Assembly: GCA_902577945.1 (NCBI GenBank)
Contig: CACHBB010000004.1
Coordinates: forward strand, 2,255 to 66,254
Source: an uncultured Alphaproteobacteria bacterium
GTDB lineage: Bacteria; Pseudomonadota; Alphaproteobacteria; HIMB59; GCA-002718135
Reading direction: 5' to 3'
Length of the DNA: 64,000 nt
The notes beneath the pieces are model-generated. The model searched no databases. It was not told where the DNA came from and worked only from the letters and a program-made list of their open reading frames with translations. Every line of letters begins with the position of its first letter. Positions within the stretch are counted from its first letter, which is position 1. The translations under genes and the position numbers were made by a program. Below, piece by piece: positions 58,563 through 64,000 of the stretch.

Positions 58563-61175
58563 ATGAATATTGCAGAGAGAATTTCATTAGTTTTAATTGA
58601 TAAAGGATTTAATTTAAGTCCTAATTATAAAACAGAAAAAATTATTAATGATGCTTCTAAATTAAAAAAAACATCAGAAGAAATATTAATTGCTAAACAG
58701 CATGGTATTGCAGATAAGCTTTTTATATTAATTAATGGAGAAGCAGAATTTACAAAAGATCATAATAATAAATTATATAAATTAGCTACTTTAAGAGGTG
58801 TGGGAATTCCTCTTGGTGTTTCTGGACTAAATCCACCAAGCAGATATATGGCTGATATTTATGTAAAAGCAAATGCAGAATATATTGAAATTGATCTAAA
58901 CAAACTAAAAGAAATTGAAAATAGTGACCCCTCTTATGCCAGTGTTTTTTATTCATATCTTGTGCTTCAATCAATGAATTTAATATGGTCATCAAGAAAT
59001 TTAAATGATTGTCATTTACAAGATGATATCAGAATGTCTGAAGGAGTTAAAACGGGTGGAGAAATTATTAATACGAAAAGAATAAAAGATACAGCTTTTC
59101 TCGCCTTTCTCAATGATCAAGATTTATTAAAATTATTGAATTATAGTAGTATAAAACTTTTTTCTGCAAATGAATATATAACTTCTGAAGGACAAATATC
59201 AGATGGTATTAATATTCTACTTAAGGGAAAAGTTGATGCATCATTTAATAGTCACAAAAAAAATATTTTAGAAAAAAATACTAGGACAATTGCAAGGTCT
59301 GGAGTTGCTTTGTCACTTTCAGCGGGGTTACATGATATTAAATCTCCTTATACAATAAAGGCAACAAGAGATACGACTATTATAAAATTCTCAAATGAAT
59401 TCATTGATAATTTAATTAAAAAAGATCCAGACTTAGCATTAAAATTTTTAAAACGTCAATTATGGCAATTAGGAAAATATATTCAATCTTCATCAGGTTT
59501 AACTACATATCCTGCTAAAGATGAAGCTGAATTGTTCAATTTTCTTTTAAATGATAATTCTTCAAGAATACCAGTGAATTCTAAACTTTATAATATACCA
59601 CATCTTCTAAAAAACCATTTAACACATTCATTAGCATTTAATATTATTTATGAAGTTGTAGTATCTGGTAATGAAAATGAAAAATCTATTGCCAGTCTTA
59701 TGATAGACGCGATGTCTGGTTTAGAGAAAAAAAATAGATTTTTTAATCAATTAAATAAAATTTATAATAGAGTTGCGACATCTCATGAAGAAATTAATAA
59801 AAAAACTTTGCAGAAACTTACAAATGCAGATTTTGTAAAAGCTTTTGATCAAGTACCTTATGTTATTAAAGGAATGGAAAACTTACCCGAAGAACCAACA
59901 AATATTTTTTTTTATAATCATCTAGCGAGCATTGAAGAAAATACATTAGCTAATGGACATTCATTCAGTATAGATAGTCATTTTATATCAGCTAAAATCT
60001 TGTTTCCAAAATACGGAGATGGAGGTCAAAGGATAGCTAGGTATAGTAGAAATACAGAATTTTGGCGATATAATTATTATGAAAATTTAGATTATATTTT
60101 TGTTCACACACCTGAATCTGATAGACTAGAAGAAACCAATTTAGAAAAAAAGAAAAGAAAAGAAAAACTATTTGTAGAAACACAAAATATTTTTGATCAA
60201 AATAGACCACTTGTTATTGCTCCAGAAGGAACTAGCGAAACTGAAGATAATATAACCGTTAACTCTCCAGGGCCTTTGAAGCCTGGTGCATTTTTATTAG
60301 CTAATCAACTAGAGCCAGAACCCTTTCTAGTTCCAATTGCTCTAGCTAATTTTGATCATTCAATATCAAATACAGTTTATTCAGCGATAATCAAAGAACC
60401 AATAAAAATAAATGATTATGTTAAAGATATTAAAAACAAAAAAGAATTAGAAAAATTTTTAAATAATTATAGAGTAAAATTTAAAAGTTATGTTCAAGAA
60501 GCAATTGAATTGGCAAAAAATATTCATAATGATAAAAAAAAATTAGATAATGTGGAAACAAATATTAATCTTGTTAGCCCCATTGAAGAGGAATATGAGG
60601 CTGATGTAAGAGAATTAGAAATTAATCTTCATAATAAGGAATTAGAAAACAAAAAAACAATCTTATATGGAAGTTCAACTTTTAAAGATTGGATAAATGC
60701 AGATAAGGATTTATCAATTAATAATCTAACAAACCTGGGCTTTGGGGGTTCAACTTTAGTAGCTTGTAGAAATTATTTCAATAGAATTGTTGTTCCGTAC
60801 AGTCCTGATACAATGTTATTTTATGCTGGTGATAACGACATTGGTAGTGGAACTTCTGCTAGTGAATTATTAAGTGAATTTATTTTACTTACTTCTGAAG
60901 TTAGTGAGAAAATTCCACATACTAGATGTTTTTTTATTTCAATCAAACCGAGTATTTTTAGAAAAGATTATCTAGATATTATTTTAGACGCTAATGAAAA
61001 AATAAAAAACGCTATCAATCATTTAGGCCAATGGAAATATATTGATTTATGTTCTCCAATGTTAGAAACAGGATATGAAAAATTTTATGGTGATGACCCA
61101 CTACATATGAACGTCTTAGGTTATAGTTTACTTAGTAAGTTGATAAGAGATGAATTAGCTGTATTTAACAGTTAG
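58563..61175 (+). CDS. multidomain protein: two cNMP-binding-like domains + PlsC-type acyltransferase + SGNH/GDSL hydrolase
   Basis: cNMP folds (KQHGIADKLFILINGEAE; SEGQISDGINILLKGKV). Acyltransferase motifs NH...HSFSID, IAPEGT, KPGAF, VPIAL. SGNH motifs YGSS, GFGG, AGDND, DPLH. Confidence 0.8.
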   Translation: MNIAERISLVLIDKGFNLSPNYKTEKIINDASKLKKTSEEILIAKQHGIADKLFILINGEAEFTKDHNNKLYKLATLRGVGIPLGVSGLNPPSRYMADIYVKANAEYIEIDLNKLKEIENSDPSYASVFYSYLVLQSMNLIWSSRNLNDCHLQDDIRMSEGVKTGGEIINTKRIKDTAFLAFLNDQDLLKLLNYSSIKLFSANEYITSEGQISDGINILLKGKVDASFNSHKKNILEKNTRTIARSGVALSLSAGLHDIKSPYTIKATRDTTIIKFSNEFIDNLIKKDPDLALKFLKRQLWQLGKYIQSSSGLTTYPAKDEAELFNFLLNDNSSRIPVNSKLYNIPHLLKNHLTHSLAFNIIYEVVVSGNENEKSIASLMIDAMSGLEKKNRFFNQLNKIYNRVATSHEEINKKTLQKLTNADFVKAFDQVPYVIKGMENLPEEPTNIFFYNHLASIEENTLANGHSFSIDSHFISAKILFPKYGDGGQRIARYSRNTEFWRYNYYENLDYIFVHTPESDRLEETNLEKKKRKEKLFVETQNIFDQNRPLVIAPEGTSETEDNITVNSPGPLKPGAFLLANQLEPEPFLVPIALANFDHSISNTVYSAIIKEPIKINDYVKDIKNKKELEKFLNNYRVKFKSYVQEAIELAKNIHNDKKKLDNVETNINLVSPIEEEYEADVRELEINLHNKELENKKTILYGSSTFKDWINADKDLSINNLTNLGFGGSTLVACRNYFNRIVVPYSPDTMLFYAGDNDIGSGTSASELLSEFILLTSEVSEKIPHTRCFFISIKPSIFRKDYLDIILDANEKIKNAINHLGQWKYIDLCSPMLETGYEKFYGDDPLHMNVLGYSLLSKLIRDELAVFNS

Positions 61176-62533
61176 TTGAATTGAGGAAGATAATTTTTAT
61201 GAGCATTTAATAATTGATCAACCATTGAATATATTTCATCAATAGAGAGAATGGAAGAAGTCAAAGGATCTAGCATTGCTGCATGATAGATATGCTCTCT
61301 CTTCTCAGTAATTGCAGCCTCAGCAGTTAAAATTTGAACATTAATGTTAGTGCGCATTAAAGCAGTTAATTGTTCGGGTAAATTGCCAATTTTTTGAGGT
61401 TTGTATCCATCAGAATTAATTAAACAAGGAACTTCTACACAGCAATTATCTGGTAGATTGTTAATTAAATTACTATTCATAACATTCGCATTAATTGTAA
61501 TAGTCTTATTATTTGTTACAGCCTCCATTATATGTGAGGCATATTCATGGCTTAATTTTAAAGGTTCATTTTGTAAAGGCGTAATGTCCTTTTCTAATTC
61601 TTTCCAGGTTTTAGCATGATATTCACATCTATCTAAATACTCATCAATTGGAATTTGATACTTGTTAATTATGTCATCTCTATTATTTTTTATAAACCAT
61701 GGAACATATTCAGCAAAATGCTCACTTGATTCAGTTACAAAATAACCAAATTTTCGTAAAATTTCATACCTAACTTTTTCATGTAGCTTTTTATTAGACT
61801 CATAATGTACTTTTTTACTTCGAGATGAAATTTTTTTATCATTAACTATGTCATCAGCTAAATTTTTTAGTTGAGGATAAAGATCAATTTTTGATCCATT
61901 TTGTTTTTTTTCAAATTTTAAAAAAAATGCCATATGGTTAATTCCAGCACATTTAAATTCAATATTTGAAATTTCTTCATTTAAATCATCAGCAAGCATC
62001 TCAGCAGTTCCCTGAACTGAATGACACAAACCTATCGAATTAACTTCTGGATATTTATTTTTAATAGCTATCATATTTGAGCACATTGGGTTCACATATT
62101 GTAACCAAAGACTATTTGGGCAAACTTCCATGATATCTTTTGCTATATCTAATAAAATAGGAATAGTTCTTAAGCCCCTCATGATACCTCCAATTCCTAG
62201 TGTGTCTCCAATCGTTTGCTTGAGTCCATATTTTTTAGGAATATCAAAATCTAGAACAGTTGATGGTTTATAACCACCAACTTGAATAGTTGTTTGCACA
62301 AAATCAGCATTAAGCAAAGCTTCTTTCCTATCGGTGTGTAAGGTTATTTTAGGATTAGCATTGAGTTTAGCAGATACTGTATCAACTAATTCTTTTGCTA
62401 ATTTAAGCCTTTTTTCATCTATATCCATTAAGGATATGTGCATGTTTTTAAATGAAGAAATATGCAATAAATCAACAACAATATTTTTAGTAAATACAGC
62501 ACTACCAGCCCCTATTATTGTTAATTTAATCAA
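61172..62533 (-). CDS. melA: GH4 NAD+/Mn-dependent alpha-galactosidase
   Basis: IGAGS.VF, QTIGDTLG.GGI.R.LRTIP, YVNPM, GLCHSVQ, AGINHMAF, VTESSEHFAEYVPWF; TTG start. Confidence 0.92.
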   Translation of the reverse strand: MIKLTIIGAGSAVFTKNIVVDLLHISSFKNMHISLMDIDEKRLKLAKELVDTVSAKLNANPKITLHTDRKEALLNADFVQTTIQVGGYKPSTVLDFDIPKKYGLKQTIGDTLGIGGIMRGLRTIPILLDIAKDIMEVCPNSLWLQYVNPMCSNMIAIKNKYPEVNSIGLCHSVQGTAEMLADDLNEEISNIEFKCAGINHMAFFLKFEKKQNGSKIDLYPQLKNLADDIVNDKKISSRSKKVHYESNKKLHEKVRYEILRKFGYFVTESSEHFAEYVPWFIKNNRDDIINKYQIPIDEYLDRCEYHAKTWKELEKDITPLQNEPLKLSHEYASHIMEAVTNNKTITINANVMNSNLINNLPDNCCVEVPCLINSDGYKPQKIGNLPEQLTALMRTNINVQILTAEAAITEKREHIYHAAMLDPLTSSILSIDEIYSMVDQLLNAHKNYLPQFN

Positions 62534-62592
62534 AAATTACCTCTAAATAATATCACAATCTTTCCTTAATTATATCTATATTACAACAATAT

Positions 62593-62664
62593 TTATAAAT
62601 AAGATATACTTGTGGCACTGATCAAAAGAATAGTTCTTTTTTTTATTTCATTATTTTTTATCAT
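62593..62664 (-). CDS. 23-aa small ORF upstream of melA (possible leader peptide)
   Basis: AAGGAG-aatt-ATG ATA AAA AAT AAT GAA ATA AAA AAA AGA ACT ATT CTT TTG ATC AGT GCC ACA AGT ATA TCT TAT TTA TAA. Confidence 0.4.
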   Translation of the reverse strand: MIKNNEIKKRTILLISATSISYL

Positions 62665-62728
62665 AATTCTCCTTGTAGGTGCCACATCTTCATATGGACA
62701 TACTATTTTACTATAGTAAATATAAATA

Positions 62729-63148
62729 ATGAAAAATCTTATTGAAGATTTAATTTTTTCTACAAATGGTAAGGGTATGCACGAAATTACAGAAAATATT
62801 AATGATTGGATTTCTAAGAATAGTGTTACTCAAGGTCAATTAAATATATTTATTAGTCATACATCAGCATCATTAACAATTATGGAGAATGCAAGTCCTG
62901 ATGTACTTGACGATATAAATAATTTTTTTCTAAAATTAGTACCTGAAGACTCATCTTTGTATTCACATGGATATGAAGGAAATGATGATATGCCTGCTCA
63001 TATAAAATATATGTTGACACAAACATCCTTAACTATTCCTATTAAAAATAAACAACTAATTCTCGGAACCTGGCAAGGTATATACCTTTTTGAACATAGA
63101 TATAATCCTCACAAAAGAAAAATATCTTTAAGTTTCTTGGGAAATTAA
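62729..63148 (+). CDS. yjbQ: YjbQ/UPF0047 family protein
   Basis: HTSASL...ENA.PDV, H..EG.DDMPAHIK, LGTWQGIYLFEHR. Confidence 0.9.
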   Translation: MKNLIEDLIFSTNGKGMHEITENINDWISKNSVTQGQLNIFISHTSASLTIMENASPDVLDDINNFFLKLVPEDSSLYSHGYEGNDDMPAHIKYMLTQTSLTIPIKNKQLILGTWQGIYLFEHRYNPHKRKISLSFLGN

Positions 63149-63187
63149 TACTATAATACTTAATATTAATTTAAGATGGAGTAAAAA

Positions 63188-63472
63188 ATGACTGTAGCAA
63201 GAATAACAACTATAAATTTCAAAAATAAAGAAGATGCTGATAAATCTATTGAAGACTATGCAGAAAAAGCGCCAAGTGAATTTCCAGAAGCAGAACAATT
63301 ATTGCAAATTCGTGCAAGTGATACAACAGTAATGGCAGTTTCTCTATATTCTGATAATGATGCCATGGATCGTGCATCAGCTGCAAGATCTAAAAGAATG
63401 AGTAATAACGAAAATACTTTTGATGTTGTTGATACAAAAACTGGTAATGTCACATTAAATCATAAAAATTAA
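63188..63472 (+). CDS. small dimeric alpha/beta-barrel (ABM-like) hypothetical protein
   Basis: ARITTINF...AVSLYSD.DAMDRA...G.V pattern; SD GGAG. Confidence 0.55.
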   Translation: MTVARITTINFKNKEDADKSIEDYAEKAPSEFPEAEQLLQIRASDTTVMAVSLYSDNDAMDRASAARSKRMSNNENTFDVVDTKTGNVTLNHKN

Positions 63473-63488
63473 ATATTAGGAGAAAAAA

Positions 63489-63854
63489 ATGTCAAATGTA
63501 ATGAAAATTTCCTTTGAGGAAGGTGAAATTAAAACACCTAATAAAGCACATTCCTCAACTGTTAAGCTTGGAAATGTTACAATGAGCAAAACTACATTAC
63601 AACCTGGTTGGAGCTGGAGCTCATGTATTAAACCTATTGTTGGCACTAAAAGTTGTCAAGCAGGTCATGTTGGAGTTGTTATCAAAGGTGAAATGAAAGT
63701 GAAACATGATGACGGTACAGAGGATAACTTTAAGGCAGGTGATGCATATTATTTAGCTCCAGGTCACGATGGATGGATAGTAAGTGATGATGAATTTGTT
63801 TCATATGAATTTACAAGTGACCAAAAAGATTTTGGTCCTTGGAAAAAATCATAA
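63489..63854 (+). CDS. cupin domain protein
   Basis: LQPGWSWS..IKP, CQAGHVG, AGDAY..APGHDGW. Confidence 0.85.
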   Translation: MSNVMKISFEEGEIKTPNKAHSSTVKLGNVTMSKTTLQPGWSWSSCIKPIVGTKSCQAGHVGVVIKGEMKVKHDDGTEDNFKAGDAYYLAPGHDGWIVSDDEFVSYEFTSDQKDFGPWKKS

Positions 63855-63861
63855 TAATGTT

Positions 63862-63880
63862 GCGGGTCTTGAAGACCCGC
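63862..63880. terminator. hairpin between convergent genes
   Basis: GCGGGTCTT-g-AAGACCCGC. Confidence 0.7.
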
Positions 63881-63883
63881 TAG

Positions 63884-64000
63884 TTATAAATATAATTTAT
63901 CAGATAAATTTAAGATTAAAATTGCTGAACCTACAGTTAAAAATGTAGACACAACCAAATCTAAGCGAGAATTCTTTGCTCCAATATCTTTATCAATTAT
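63884..64000 (-). CDS. 3' end of a membrane-protein gene continuing beyond the window (partial)
   Basis: Open frame IIDKDIGAKNSRLDLVVSTFLTVGSAILILNLSDKLYL*, ending at the hairpin. Confidence 0.5.
   Translation of the reverse strand: MIDKDIGAKNSRLDLVVSTFLTVGSAILILNLSDKLYL

Noticed and set aside
35007-63453. Antisense or alternate-frame ORFs within the dehydrogenase, bactofilin, ureC, glxD, melA and other genes
   Set aside because: They overlap strongly supported genes and have no recognisable motifs.

Overview
Very AT-rich, gene-dense DNA whose content fits a streamlined marine alphaproteobacterium (SAR11/HIMB59-like; inferred, e.g. from a NavRh-like channel and MgsABC). From left to right: an orphan terminase-small-subunit-like HTH gene and a TPR gene; a 16.6-kb giant surface-protein gene (about 39 Calx-beta-like repeats, an S8 protease domain and a probable C-terminal beta-barrel); a C-P lyase/phosphonate operon (phnGHIJKLM-CDEE, with no phnN/P/F in the window); a patch of small accessory genes with alkB; a 2OG-oxygenase/dehydrogenase/SMR operon; a BacNav channel and bactofilin; a full urease operon; a DDAH-like gene and tRNA-Arg(CCT); a Rieske oxygenase, pcs, mutT and an FeS-less PhrB-type photolyase; N-methylglutamate synthase; an unusual cNMP-cNMP-acyltransferase-SGNH fusion; and melA. 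The best leads are (1) the four-domain lipid-editing fusion, (2) a 38-bp direct repeat of a gene 3' end, differing only at synonymous sites, that brackets an alkB cassette, (3) a GC-rich SD-sequestering leader ahead of the 2OG-oxygenase operon, and (4) the mosaic giant protease-tipped adhesin. No CRISPR, integrase, transposase or rRNA was seen. All calls come from reading motifs by eye; no database searches were run.
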